A DNA stretch of 124,000 bases. It comes from Octopus vulgaris (taxonomy: Eukaryota). The notes under the pieces are model-generated. The model worked only from the letters and a program-made list of their open reading frames with translations. It was not told the DNA's origin and did no database searches. Position numbers and translations under genes: made by a program. The DNA is taken from contig OX597821.1 of the NCBI GenBank assembly GCA_951406725.2, positions 102,196,001-102,320,000 on the forward strand. The letters are read 5' to 3'. This document shows, piece after piece, positions 1-15,985 of this stretch (the stretch's first letter is position 1; every line of letters begins with the position of its first letter).

Positions 1-1579
1 ATATTTTCTCTCCGATACATATAAAATGGATTATTGGATAGTTGGAACATGTAAAGAAAATTAATTCGGTCCAATTATACAATCTTATGTATCTACATAG
101 TTAAAACACACAAAGCAAATGTTAAATTGCTTGTTTACTCATCACTGGAAGTATTTTAATGAATTCACACTATGACAATTGAAGCAGTAGGGTTGTCAAC
201 CCTAAAGACAAGTCTTTCCAATAAAACCTGTTGAAACCTTATCAACATGCATGTATGTGATATATAGTACTTTTACAAGAAGCCTGGTGACAGTGACTTC
301 GAACTTTTGGTCTGCTAAATTTTGTTGGACTTCACCATGGTATGATGAAAGCTAGCTGAAACTTCAAAGTCACAAGTAAAATAAATATATACTTTGCAAA
401 AAGTATCAAGTTCAGTTTCATGTTGAACTGTTTTAAGTGCTAAAATTTGTTGAGTATGTAGGATATCTTATCTGTGCTTAACGGTTTAAACTGTTGCAAT
501 TATGTTGTCATTGAGTTACTTTGTACAGAAGGACCCTGTAAAATGCTAAGTCAGAAGCTGTTGCAGATCTCTTTCTTTGACACTTAAGTTTTCTCTTCCT
601 GATTATTCCCTAACCTCTTCTCTCTTCAGAAAGTTTTCTCTTTTCGCTTTAGCTGTCAACAAACAAAGTAAGTAAAAGACCATTTTGTAATTGTCAGTGC
701 TGTTATAGAAAGATAATCAATATTGATTTTTCTTACATTAGTTCAAGACTGCAATTTTTTTTTTTTTTTTTACAGAAGATGGATAATTTATTAATTTCAG
801 CTCCAATTCATCACCAGTACTTATTTTATCAGTTTTTGAGTGAAGGTCTGTTAGCAACAAGGATGTGAACAGAATGAAATAACGTAATGCACTCAATATT
901 ACATGTTGCCACTACTCCACGTTTCAAATTTTGGCACAAGGCCAGCAATTTTGTGGGAGAAGGAAGTCAATTGCATCACTCCCAGTGTTCAACTGATGCT
1001 TATTCTATTGATGCCTGAAAGGATAAAAGGCAAAGTTGACCCTGATGGATTTTGAACTTGCAACATTAAGTCTGAAGAAATGCTGCTAAGCATTTTGTCT
1101 GGTGTAGTAACGATCCTGCCAGCGCACTGCCCCTAGATTCAAGATATTAAAATTCAAAGCTAATACTCTGAAATTTGTAATTTACATCTTGTTGGTTCCT
1201 TAACCTTCTTGGTACCATATTTCTGTTGAGATACTCTGTATTTCTTAGAATTTATTAAAATTATCATTAAGCTAGGAACATCAATTGTAACTAAGGTTTG
1301 GTGGAAGATTTTAACTCAGAACTTTTGGAAATGAGACATTTGTACTACAGAACCAGTAGCAATTTTTAGGTGGGTTGGTATCAGTTAAATACTGAACATG
1401 GACAATCACCAGATTGTGCACAGTACTCTGTCCATTTACTGCACTATCTAAGCATAATAACTGAAGTAGCTCATGTAGAACTCTTGTATTCATTAAATGA
1501 TACTTAACCTCTCACCAGATTGAGTACATTTTACTGATTCTACCAAAAGCAAACAATACTATACATACAGGAAGTACTT

Positions 1580-1860
1580 TGTCCAATACGTTCTTTTATT
1601 TGTTAATATGGTTTGGAATTTGGCAGCTATTATCAGATATAGCAACTATGTAGAAGAGCTCTCATTAAAACAAAGGTCTGTATGTAATGAATGTTGCAGT
1701 TTGTGAAAAGAGAAACGAGGTGTAGGTTGGCAAGAAGAGATAGATGAACAGGTGGAGTGAAACCAGTAAGGTTGCATATGATGAAAGACTAGTGGAAAGT
1801 TTTGATGCAGATAAAGACTGTATTTGCCACTAGAAATTTAAAGGTGTCAATGTGTGGTAA
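1580..1860 (-). mobile_element. Degenerate L2/Crack-type LINE 3' fragment
   Basis: Decayed minus-strand translation resembling the CR1/L2 C-terminal block. Confidence 0.35.
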
Positions 1861-2802
1861 ATTAAAAAGAGGAGTACCCCTTTATTGTTGTAATTTGGGT
1901 AATAGCCAAAAGTTAATAACAAGTTAGGAATCGTAATATTTCTTTGCTGTGTTGAAGATCAAGCTTTTGTGATGCAGCATGGTAGCCACTAGCATAAATT
2001 GACTTTCAGATGATTTATGATTTTTTTTTTTTTAAGAATGAATGTCTGCAGGTTTTGTTAAAGCTCTATGCCAGTTCACAGGAGCCTGAATTATGCAATG
2101 TTTTGTCATAAAAACCAACTAGACAAATATGATGCATTTGGTTCTGCCAATTGACTGGTTCTCTCTGACCAGGCCATTAATACAAGGGAGATAACCGTTC
2201 CCTCTATGAAATGGCATTAGAAATTAGAATTTAAAACTGAGGAAGAAGATGCATAGTTCCCATATTTTATTTTGTCTGCTATGAAATTCTTTAAATTTCT
2301 TTGTCGATGGTAATCATGTATAGCACTATTTCATTCTTTTTAGTAATCTTCAACATGACATAACCGTTAATGCCCTAGATTACCTACCTGTGTGCAGGAA
2401 AAAATTATTGGTCTTTTTAAATGTAAAAATGAAAGGTCCTAAACTTTTAGTTTGAATTGATTTTATAATATAACTGATAAACAATAGTGTTAGTTACAGT
2501 TTTGTAAACAGACCAATCATTGCATTTCTGACAGTGACAGGTAACATAATTTGGTGCAAAGGTCTTTGTTTGAAGAACACCAGTTTTGTTTTCATTTTGT
2601 TTTGTTCCTGATGTTTACATCCTTTTACAATTTCTGCCCTCCAAATACCACTCCCAAGTTATTGATTAAAATCAATCTGCAGCTATTGTAGAAGACCCTT
2701 GTTCAAGGTAGTGTGTTTGAACTGCAAACTAACTTTCTTAACCATGTAATGATGTCTTATATATATATAAAATAAATGTCTTTATATATATATATGTAAA
2801 AT

Positions 2803-2878
2803 AAATTACAGCAGTGTTTAGGTATAAGAAACTTTGTTAGAATATGTTTGTGTTTAGAAGTTGAAATATGTCACAAGT

Positions 2879-2917
<39 letters not shown>

Positions 2918-2995
2918 CAGTAGTGTTTAGGTACAAACAAACTTTAGATTAGAATATGTTTGTTTAGAAGTTGAAGTGTATGACAAGTTCGTATA
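2803..2995. repeat. Tandem direct duplication of about 85-110 bp separated by (TA)n
   Basis: TAATTACAG.AGTGTTTAGGTA...TTAGAATATGTTTG...GAAGTTGAA...ACAAGTTC occurs twice. Confidence 0.8.
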
Positions 2996-5900
2996 TATAT
3001 TTATATTACAAGTAATGTTTGATGACATAAGATAATAGATGTACTTTATTTTAATATATAAGAACAAAATATCAGTGATTAGTTACATCACCTTACATTT
3101 CAGTAACAAAAAATGGTTACATAATACATTTTTGATTAAATAATTTACATTATAAAGTCTTCAGAGATGTGTAACATTACTAGATTGTTGAATTGTTGAC
3201 TGAATTAACCCTCATAGGGATGGGAACAAATGGATGCTATGCATGTGGTGGTTATTTCTATCAACAATTTGACAATTCAGCAATGTAGCATATAAAGGTT
3301 ACACATCTCTGAAGATTTGTCTATACATTTTGATAGTAATTTACATTGTGAAACATTATTTTGTTAAAGAAATGTACGTAAGATGATGTAACTAAATGGC
3401 TTATAAGCAATCTCTTGTTTTTTTGTTTTATTTCCTACATGTACTCTCTGACCTACTCAAACTCTGGTTTCATGCCAAATAATGCAAGTATGATAACAGG
3501 AATGAAAATATACATGGAGTTCTAAATTCTGGTTATTTGTCATGCCATTTTAAATTGGCTCACACACACACACAGGTTATATTCTGTTAAGAACATAGTG
3601 GAGTACAATATAAAGCTCGTCCACCTTCAGATTTCATCCAGTGCTATCCAACAGTAGTATTATACCTACTGCCAGATTTGTGTTGTGTGTGAATGGATAA
3701 TTGAATAAGTTGGAGTCTACAAGGAGTACAGAAGAACATTTATTTGTAATCACTACAATTGTTTCCATGCAATGTAGTTCTCTAGGTTTGCAGGTATTTG
3801 ATTATGTAATTGTTTCACTGCATTATGAGATGTTTCATCAGGTGATATATATATTGTTTCTGTGTTCTGTAAACTTCAATTTTCAACTTCAACTGTATCC
3901 TTTCTGTCTGTTGTGGCTATATGTGGTAGCAGTAACCACTCCATATATGAAAATGCGTGTATGTAGTTAGATATGGATAAAATTATTTCAAGATTTTACC
4001 AAATGTGTAAAAATAGTAAAATACTAAATCAGGTGTGTGGCTATTTTGGAGCATATTTTTAAAATTTATTTTAATTTTTTAATCAATATTTCTTTTTTAA
4101 AATTATTGAAAATTCACTTGTTGATCTCTAATTTAGGATGTAATTAGAATAATGATGGTGTTTGGTTCCAGAGCATTTCTGGTAGAGCAGGCAGATCCAT
4201 GATCAGAAACCTCCCATCTTTGATCATCCCCATCATCTTTCATTGAGACGTAATACATCTAGGACTATATTATCTAACATGTCATTTCTGTTTTTGAAAC
4301 AGCATTTATTTGCGAGAAATTTGACTGTTATTTCTAGCAGATTCAGCAACCTTGTAGAAGCTCCCTTATTGCAATTTTTTTCATAAATGAGGTATGTTAC
4401 CCTTGTTTGGTCTACTTCTGTTTGTTTGAATGCTTTTGACACCCTTGCATAGGGTATTTATCTTTCACCTTCTACTTGCTTCCTTCATCAGACTTAGGCC
4501 ATGCTGGAGCATTGCATTGAAGGGTTTTGGTTGATCAAATTGACCCCAGTACATATTTTCATAAGTCTGATTCATAGTCTTTTGCCAAACTACTAACTTA
4601 CGGTGATGTAAACAAACCAATACCGGTTGTCAAGTTGTGGTGGCAGGGACAAACACAAAGATGCACACATACACGCATGCACAAACACACATACATAAAT
4701 ATATGTATATATGACTGGACTCCACACAGTTTCCGTCATATTCATTCACAAGGCATTGATTTACCCAGAGCTGTAGTAGAAGGCGCCCAAGTTGCTGCAC
4801 TGTGAGATTGAATCCATAAGCATATGGCGATGGGGTGAGCTTGTTAACCACACAGCCTTGCCTTCACTTATATTTTGAATGTCTGAAGGGAAAAATGCTA
4901 CTATAACATTGAATGGGGCTTTCTCTGGGCAAAAGTTAAACTGTATGAGGAATATGTAAGAGGAATGATGTTTTTATGTATTTCTGAGGTGAGGAATTGA
5001 TGTGGCTGCACTGCATTAACCATTATGCTATGCCTGTAAGCAGTGACTGAATTTTAAAGCCTTATAAACCTCCATTGATGTCTTATGTTGGCTCCATACC
5101 GATTGGATAATGCAATTCTATAATTCTGTCACTGCCTGTGAGTATAGCATAGTGGATAAAAGCATTGGTTAATGCAGTGTAGTCATTTGGTGAATCACAA
5201 AAGACTTGAAGAAGGTTGGAGTACACAACAGCCAAAATGTAGTGAAAGCAACAACCAGGACCAGGATACCAGTTGGACTTAGGTAAACAGTGTACGTAAC
5301 AATAACTTTTGTTTTGGGGTTATAGGCACAGGTATGGCTGTGTGGTTAAGATTATTTTGCAACCATGTGGTTTCAGGGTCAGTCTCATTACATAGCACCT
5401 TGGCCAAGTGCCTTCTACTATAGCCCCAGGACAACCAATGCCTTGTGAGTGAATTTGGTTGGAAGAAACTATGCAGAAGCTCACCTTGTGTTTGTGTGAG
5501 TCTTTGAGGCTGTGTCTCACCACCACTACTCAACTGGTGTCTATTTACATCCCCATTACTTTACAATCTGGCAAAGAGACCAATAGAATAGGTACTAGAC
5601 TTTAAATAAATACTGTAGGTGTTTTGTTTGACTAAAAACTTTTTAAGGCGATGCCCCAGCATGGTTGCAGTTCAGTGACTGAAACGAGTAAAAAAAATAT
5701 ATATTCTTTTGTTATTTCTAAAATCATCCAAAGGGTTTAATAATTTGGGTTTATGAAGTGTTAAAGAAAATTAAAACAAAAAATTTTTTTTGCAAAACTG
5801 AAAATAACACATTTTTCTCAAAATTTTTGACAGAAGTCATGAGAAGACTTGTATTGTGATTCCAGAATGTTGATAAATGTAAATCTGCTGAGACTTTAGA

Positions 5901-8885
5901 TAAATAATTTAAGCATGGTCTGGTCCCTTGCATGTAGAGAGTGAACTTGCAGAAATGATAGCTAACAAAAGAGCTGACAAATTCTTGGAAATTAAAGATA
6001 AGGCTGCCATTGTTGCTTAACCCTGTGTCTAACTTGGACCAAAAACTTAACTTCATCGACCAGTTCAACACCACCACCTGATATTTGGGTGCCTATAGCA
6101 GAGTCCACTCTGTCATAAGCATTTGGACCAAGTCTCTAGTTTGAGAGCAATCCCTGCACTAATTGTAGGGACCTTGAGAAAGAGTTAGAAATGCTACCCT
6201 TTTTCCTGAGTCGTGGATTGGCAGGATCATTACAGCAAATGTTCTGTGGTATTTATTCTAGCTCTTTACATTTCAGAGTTCAAACTCCACAAAGGTCAGC
6301 TTTGTCTTTCATCCTTCCAGAGTTGATAAAATAAAGTATCACTCAAGTATTGTATCCAATTTAGTTGACTAACACCCTCTTGTAAATTTCAATCCTTGTA
6401 CTTATGTTGGAAATAATTTTTATCATAAAGCAGCAAATTTGGCCAACTCAATAAAACATCAAAAACAATATCATTACAATTTTCTTCAGGTTGAGTAGCC
6501 CATCCTGCTCAAATGCTTCTTGAATAAGGATGTTGAATGAAACACCTATGTTTCCAAAGGGGAATTATCCAAACCCAAAGAATTCTTCTCAACACATGGC
6601 TGTGATGCTCCCCAACTACTTCTGTTCATGATCAGAGATACACATATTTTCAGCCACTAAGGGACATGTCCAACTGGTTACGGTCAAACAACTGACAAGC
6701 AAATATGTGTTATTGAGCAGAGTATTTGCTGTAGCCCATCTTTTATACGAAGACAAAACAATGTATATGATAACACTTCCAATTAGTTAAGATCAAAAGC
6801 CATGAGAGTCACTGCCTGGAACCACATCAGGGCATTTATTATTATTATTATTATTATTGTTGTTATTACCTTCACCTTAGCAGAGGTATTGTTTTCATTT
6901 GTGTTTGTTTGTTTGTCCATGGACAAGATATCTCAAGAATGCTGGATGGATTCAGATGAAACTTTCGGGGATGTTTGGCCTTGTGATTGGCACAAACTTA
7001 GATTTTGGGATCGATGCCGTACTGGACAAGGATTCTGGATTATTTTTCCTGGTTTTTTACTTAATTTTTGAGAGCAGTTGGGTTCACTTTTAGTATTCAA
7101 TTTTAGCATACAGATATTCTCATTTTAAAAATCATTTCTGGCTAATTGTTGAGAGGATGTTGGTGTTGCCTTTGTGGAGGTTTTTCTCTCTCTGAGTACT
7201 CATTATTATTATTATTTGGTGGCAAGCTGGCAGAACCATTAGCAGGCCAAGCAAAATGCTTACTCTCTTTTACTTGTTTCAGACATTTGACTGCGGCCAT
7301 GCTGGAGCACCGCTTTTTAGTCGAGCAAATCAACCCCAGGACTTATTCTTTGTAAGCCTAGTACTTATTCTATCGGTCTCTTTTGTCGAACCGCTAAATT
7401 GCGGGGATGTAAACACATCACCATCGGTTGTCAAATGATATTGGGGGGACAAACACACACACAAACATACACTCACACACACATACACATATATACGACG
7501 GGCTTTCAGTTTCTGTCTACCAAATCCACTCACAAGGCTTTGGTTGGCCCGAGGCTATTGTAGAAGACACTTGCCCAAGATGCCACGCAGTGGGAATGAA
7601 CCCAGAACCATGTGGTTGGTAAACAAGCTACTTACCACACAGCCACTCCTGCGCTTAGCAGTATTCCTTCCATCTTTACCCTCTGAGTTCATATTTCCAT
7701 TGAGGTTGACTTTACCTTTCATCCCTTCTGGGTTGATAAAATAAGTACTGCTGGCCTTGTGCCAAAATTTGAAACCAAAGGAGTCGAGCTGGCAGAATTG
7801 TTAGTTCGCTGGGCAGAATGCTTAGTGGTATTTCGTCTGCTTTTATGTCCTGAGTTCAAATTCTGCCAAGGTTAACTTTGCCTTTCATCTTTTTGGGGTC
7901 AATAAAATAAGATATGCACTGGGGTTGATGTGATTGACTTACCCCTCCCCTGTAATTGCTGGCCTTGTGCTAAAATTTGAAATCATATTATTATATACAT
8001 ATTTGTGTTTATATATATATATAATATGGATACTGGCCTCGTGCCGGTGGCACGTAAAAAGCACCACCCGATCGTGGCCGTTGCCAGCCTCGCCTGGCAC
8101 CTGTGCCAGTGGCATGTAAAAGCACCCACTACACTCACGGAGTGATTGGCATTAGGAAGGGCATCCAGCTGTAGAAACATTGCCAGATCAGACTGGGCCT
8201 GGTGCAGCCTTCTGGCTTCCCAGACCCCAGTTGAACTGTCCAACCCATGCTAGCATGGAAAGCGGATGCTAAACGATGATGATATATATATATATATAGT
8301 ATGTATGCATATATATGTATACCCATGTATATATATATGTGTGTACATTCACTTAATACCTGATCAATGGACGGAGGAAAATATGGACAGAAATTCTCAT
8401 TTTATGTTTCAGCTGATATTCGGATGGCTTAAGTTGCATTATTAAAATTTCAATGATTTATATTTTTAAATCTATATAGGTTTTATTGTGTGTATTTACA
8501 TATGCATGTGCATTTTTATACATCTGCACATATATATAAATAATGTAAATATATGTGTGTGTGTGTGTGTGTGTGTATCATTAGAAATCAAGCAAAATAT
8601 TGTATTTATGTATATAATATCATACAAATTAAAAACATTGTGAGAAAGTAAAAAAGTACTCCACTTTTCTCATCTTTGCCTTCTCTTTTCTTTATTCTCA
8701 CACACTGTCTTTTTTTCTTACTTTCTGTTTCTTTATTACCCTATCTCACCCTCTTAGTTAAAGGAGGAAGAACAGATAAGGAAAGAAAAGTGTGTGACAT
8801 ATGGCCTCTTTATTAGTAATAAAGAAGAGAAAAGTTTCTAGCATTTAAGATAAAACAAAATAAATCAGCTATAGATAAAGCTCCC

Positions 8886-9300
8886 TTGGTCTTAATTGTT
8901 ATTCTTAGGACTTTATCATTGTGTATAATGTATAACACTTCAGTCCTTAAATACTTGAAGTGCCAGATTCAGGACTTTATTGTATCCATTAGAGCCACAG
9001 AATGCAAGAAAGCCAACCTTCAAATCAAGGAGGTTATCCTAATCAAGAAGCTGAAACCAGTATTAGACAACAAATAAGAAGTACTAGAAGCAGACTGACT
9101 ACTATAACAGCTGCAGTATGTGCATGTCACTACCCTATCCCACATATCTGAGTAATGTTAATAGCTTTATTCCGTCATTAATTTCTCCACGTGTCCTGAT
9201 GAAGAGGTCCTCACCCAAAATATCAAAGAAATACAGGTAAAGCTTCTACTGTTCTGTTTTGAGTTTTGTGTTTCATTTTGCATTGTTTCAGCATTAACAA
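8886..9300 (+). mobile_element. Penelope-like element 3' remnant (GIY-YIG C-terminus plus pLTR piece)
   Basis: ANLQIKEVILIKKLKPVLDNK* matches the PLE GIY-YIG C-terminal pattern L.IKEAL.IK.LKP.LN; CTGATGAAG core follows at 9196. Confidence 0.6.
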
Positions 9301-12300
9301 TTTATCTAATGTACATGTGTGTGTGTGTGTGTGTGTGTGTATCATCATCGTTTAACGTCAGTTTTCCGTGCTAGCATGGGTTGGACGGTTTGAACGGGAT
9401 CTGGGAAGCCAGGAGGCTGCACCAAGCTCCAGTCTGATCTGGCAGTGTTTCTACAGCTGGATGCCCTTCCTAACGCCAACCACTCCATGAGTGTAGTCAA
9501 TATATATATATATATATATATTCACACACACACGTCTGTGTGTGTGTATATAAGAATTTGTGTTGTAGCTAATCTATTGATATCAATGTGAATGTCAACA
9601 TGTTTGTGTGTTAAATGTAATCTATTAACTTCCCACTCTTTTTTCCCCTCATGCATACTCTCTGTAACTCTCTAACTTCCTCTTCTAATTAAGCACACAC
9701 TTTCTTTATCTTTCTCTTATCATACTTGTTTCTTTCCTTATCTCTTCCTTCTCTTTCATCTCAACAGCTGCACATTATAGACCTTTTCAGTTAACTTCCT
9801 ATGAGACAAATAGACACAACACAAATTTGTATATTAGAAGTAGTTGTTAGTTTCTTTTACCAATGAACAGTAGTGGTGAGTATTTCAAAAGTATGGTTGC
9901 CAGAGTAAGCACAAGGACAGAAAAAAGTTCAGGAATCTATTACTTCCGCTGGCAGCAAATGAAGACTTTCTCTCTCTGTGAACAAAGGATTGATTTGGCA
10001 ATGCTTATGTATGAAGTGCTGCATTGCATGATAGCAAAATACAGGCATTGAATGCTTAAGCGAGAAAGCAGTAAAGCAAGCGTGGTCTGCTGGTGTTATT
10101 GTGCATCATCATCATCGTTTTTATGTCCACTTGCATGGCTCAGATGGAATTTGTTGAGGTAGTTTTCTATGGCCAGAAGCTCTTCTCATCACTAATTGTC
10201 ACCTGTTTACAAGCAAGGTGGTATTTCCCCATACTAGGTATATTTTCAGGGAAGAAATGAATGATAGAGCTTGTATGACAGTGATGATTGCTTACAATTA
10301 TCACACAATGTCAAGACAAAACAGATACAAACACACAAACATGCACACATACACATACAACAATGGTTTTGCTCTTCAAACTTATTGAAGAGGAATATGC
10401 ATCCACCATTGAGTCTGACAAGTCATCTATAAGGCCTAGTGCTTTATGGATGCAAAACCATTGGTTACTCTATGACCGGACATATATTTAACTGCTTATA
10501 TATATATATGGAGCAAATAATTTATGAGAAAAATAATTCGCGAAAATATAATTTGCAAAGATATCATTGACTCTGTTATTATCTAGTGTAACAATTTAAA
10601 AGTAACAGAATCAATAATATAGGTGATTGCAGGCCCTAAAAAGGATTAAAATGAATCAAAGGACATACTAAGTATGTCTACCTGCTGGAAATAACAGTTA
10701 AAACTCTTATTTAAGTAAAAAAACTTTTTAAACAAGAGTTTTGACTGTTATTTCCAACAGGTAGACATACTTAGTATGTCCCTTGATTAATTTTAATCCT
10801 TCCACTATATATATAGAAGAAATTATATAAACAATAAGTAAACAAGAAATTGTAATTAGCTTACTGATGTTTCTGCTATAAAATGCAATGCGCTCATAGT
10901 TGAGTGTTTGTGTATCAATGTATATCTTTGTTAGAGCTCCAAAAATAAAGTGCAATTTTAATTGAGAAAGCATTTGTATTTCAGAAAACAAACAAAAAAT
11001 TGTAATAAGCCGAAGCCAGTGCCGACTGGCTTCCATAAAATGCACCAATCCAACCGTGGCCGATGCCAGCCTCGCCTGGCACCAGTGCAGGTGGCACGTA
11101 AAAAGCACCCACTACACTCACGGAGTGGTTGGCGTTAGGAAGGGCATCCAGCTGTAGAAACTTTGCCAGATAAGACCGGAGCCTGGTGCAGCCTTCTGGC
11201 TTCCCAGATCCCCGGTCGAACTGCCCAACCCATGCTAGCATGGAGAATGGACGTTAAACGATGATGATGATAGTATAAAGTCTGAAGGATAAAAGCCACT
11301 CACAGAAATACATAGATTTAGATAATTTTGTATATGTATGGGTATAGAGATAGGCATATGTTGACCCCCTGTGTCAATAACTATTTATAGGCATACATAA
11401 AATGTAGACAGAATATCTATGTCTGGCCATGGGAAATATTTCCCATAGAGATATTATCTTGCTTGGAAATGAAGGCTGGGGACAGGAAGGGTATCCGGCC
11501 ATAGAAGTCTGCTTCAATATATTTCAACTGAGCCATTTAAACATGAAAAAGTTGACATTGAAATAATAATGATGATGATGGTGATGTGTGTGTGTCCCTC
11601 TCTTTCCCTCCCTCCCCCTCTCTATATATATGCACACACACACACACACACACACACATTGATATTTGTGCATGAATATGTATATATGTGTGGAAATATA
11701 GTATTTGTACATGTATGTATACAAATTATTCTTTACTCACACACACATACACATATATATACACACACACACATCATGGTGGCATAGCTGTCTGTTATTA
11801 TTGAACAACTTGAAAATGTCCAGACAGTAATTAAGATAGTATGTTTTGCTTCCAACACAATAGAAGGGACAAGAAATTTGTCTTGTTTTGCACCGAGATT
11901 TTGGGTCACCACAGTAAAACTTGGCACAAGTTTATGTACAGTGCAGCACTGCCACCACCATCGCAACCACCACCACCACCACTACCATTACTATCCCCAC
12001 TACACTGAACACTACTAATACCACCACCACCAATATCAATGCTGCCACCACCTCCAACACAAAGGCAACCATCAAGGAGCTTAAACTAATAAAAGAGTCT
12101 GCTGAAAATAGCAGCCAAATCTCCATCAAATCACACCCTTACATTTAAAAAAAAACACTTGTTGGATAATATAGTCCTGGATTACCAGCTCATAGAAAAA
12201 TAATTGGTTGGTCATAACTGGAATGCCTTTGATCATAGGCGGCCTGGGGTTAAACTACAACATCAAAACAACAATGAAATAAATCATGGGGATGTGTTTC

Positions 12301-12547
12301 TTTAACCCATTTCTGTACTACCATTATATATATGATGGACTCTCCCATCGGTTTTGACATATGAAGATTATATATATATATATAGGTGTAGGTATGGGTG
12401 TGTGGTAAGTAGCTTGCTTAAGAACCACATGGTTCCGGGTTCAGTCCCACTGCGTGGCACCTTGGGTAAGTGTCTTCTACTATAGCCTCGGGCCAACCAA
12501 AGCCTTGTGAGTGGATTTAGTAGACGGAAACTGAAAGAAGCTTGTCA

Positions 12548-14310
<1,763 letters not shown>

Positions 14311-14602
14311 AAAAACTTATTTGGAGGAAACGAAACGAAACAACGCGAGGGCGCTCAGTCATACAATAGTGTAATAAATAAAATATATGCATACATACAT
14401 ACATATATGTACATACCTACATGTATATATACGTGAGTACAGGACACCACAAATAGACGTAGAACTCAACGAGAAACGAAAACGTAAAAACAAACATGGA
14501 AACAGACCTTTTGTTAACAACGAAAAAACAGTACAAGACAAACAACACAAGGAAAATTTCCCTTCATCAGCTGTCCCTAGTACGACTCCATGCGTGTTTC
14601 GA

Positions 14603-14666
<64 letters not shown>

Positions 14667-14668
<2 letters not shown>

Positions 14669-15742
14669 TAGCAGTATCACCCGGTGTTGCTTGGGTTTGT
14701 TTTGACCCTTTAGAATTGGAATTTTTGAAAAGTAAAAATTTTGCATTATGCAACTTGTTATTCTCTTCAAGTGAACATTTTTCCAGTTGAAATACACCGA
14801 AAAATGGTGACACAGCAGTCAAAAATCGTAAAAAATAGGAATTTTCATAGAAAAAAAAGCACCTTTTTGATGTAAATAATTTTTGGTGTTAACATGGTCC
14901 GATTTGAATTTTATCTTCTACAGAATGAAGAGCAAGCCTTCTTCTATCGTACTCTCAATTTTGGTCAACTTGCGCTGCAGGGTCTCGAAGGAGATAGTGT
15001 TAGTTGAAGGCTACCAAACCTGCCACACACAGACAACTTCAGCTTTATATATATAGATTTGCTACACACTACTTTCCATCCTTAATAACGAAACTTTGTA
15101 GATCCAAAAGTTAAACACACAGACACACAAGTTGAGTTTTATATATATATATAGATTTTTCAACGGGGATTTCAGGGGAGAGTTTCAGGAAGTCACTGGC
15201 GATGTATCGTGATGATCAAAAATCCGGCCTGCTAAAATTTGGTTAAAGTGATTCAGACTGCAGACTCAACGCAAAATGGTCACATTTAATTCAAAGCGTT
15301 AAAAATGTTATGAAAACAATTGGTATGTGTTCACAAAGTCCAAATGATTAATACGAAAAAACCCTCCAGGCTACATCCCGAAAATTAATTTCTTTGCTGA
15401 ATTTCTACAATGTTTACGGTGATTCGTTTTTATATCTTGATTTTTTATTTTTCATGCAATTTATGCATGCTTACACGCATGGTGAACAAACAGCTGACTG
15501 AGTAAAGTTCACTATTCAATGCATGGGATAAGGCCTAAACAAACACATTATCGATTTTTGCACTTGCAAAATGAATTTTGGAACAGAAATAGCGCAGTTC
15601 AATTTTCATTCGCCTAAACTTTAAGTGACCCATTTTTGGTGGTTCTACGATTTGTTGGCTAGGAGATGTGCTGGGAAGTTAAGCACAGACACACACACAG
15701 ATACACACACAGACACACAAGTTGAGTTTTATATATATAGAT
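14667..15742 (+). mobile_element. Helitron-like non-autonomous elements in tandem
   Basis: Begins ACTAGCAGTATCACCCGGTGTTGCTTGGG; modules end in ...TTTTATATATATAGAT, termini typical of invertebrate non-autonomous Helitron/HINE-type repeats. Confidence 0.5.
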
Positions 15743-15949
15743 GTTTGTGTGTCTGTCCCCCACCACACCCCAACATCGCTTGACAACCAGTGCTGGTGTG
15801 TTTATATCCCCATAATTTAGTGGTTCAGCAAAAGAGACTGATAGAATAAGTCCTGGGGTTGATTTGCTTGACTAAAAGCGTTGCTCCAGCATGGCAACAG
15901 TCAAATGACTGAAACAAAAGAGTAAAGAGTATATATACACACACACATG

Positions 15950-15985
<36 letters not shown>

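Noticed and set aside
530-652. Possible minus-strand terminal exon (AKAKRENFLKREEVRE*)
   Set aside because: It has an acceptor-like site, but I found no upstream exons or recognisable protein.
4233-4442. 69-aa minus-strand ORF, and a 51-bp plus-strand exon-like segment at 4341-4391
   Set aside because: No partner exons or homology; consistent with chance.
10981-11241. Recurrent peptide [12 protein letters not shown] in many ORFs
   Set aside because: It is the conceptual translation of the RTE-tail SINE-like repeat, not a gene family.
14540-14610. CTGATGAAG on the minus strand, a possible hammerhead
   Set aside because: There is no GAAA after the stem, and the permuted arrangement does not form stem III.
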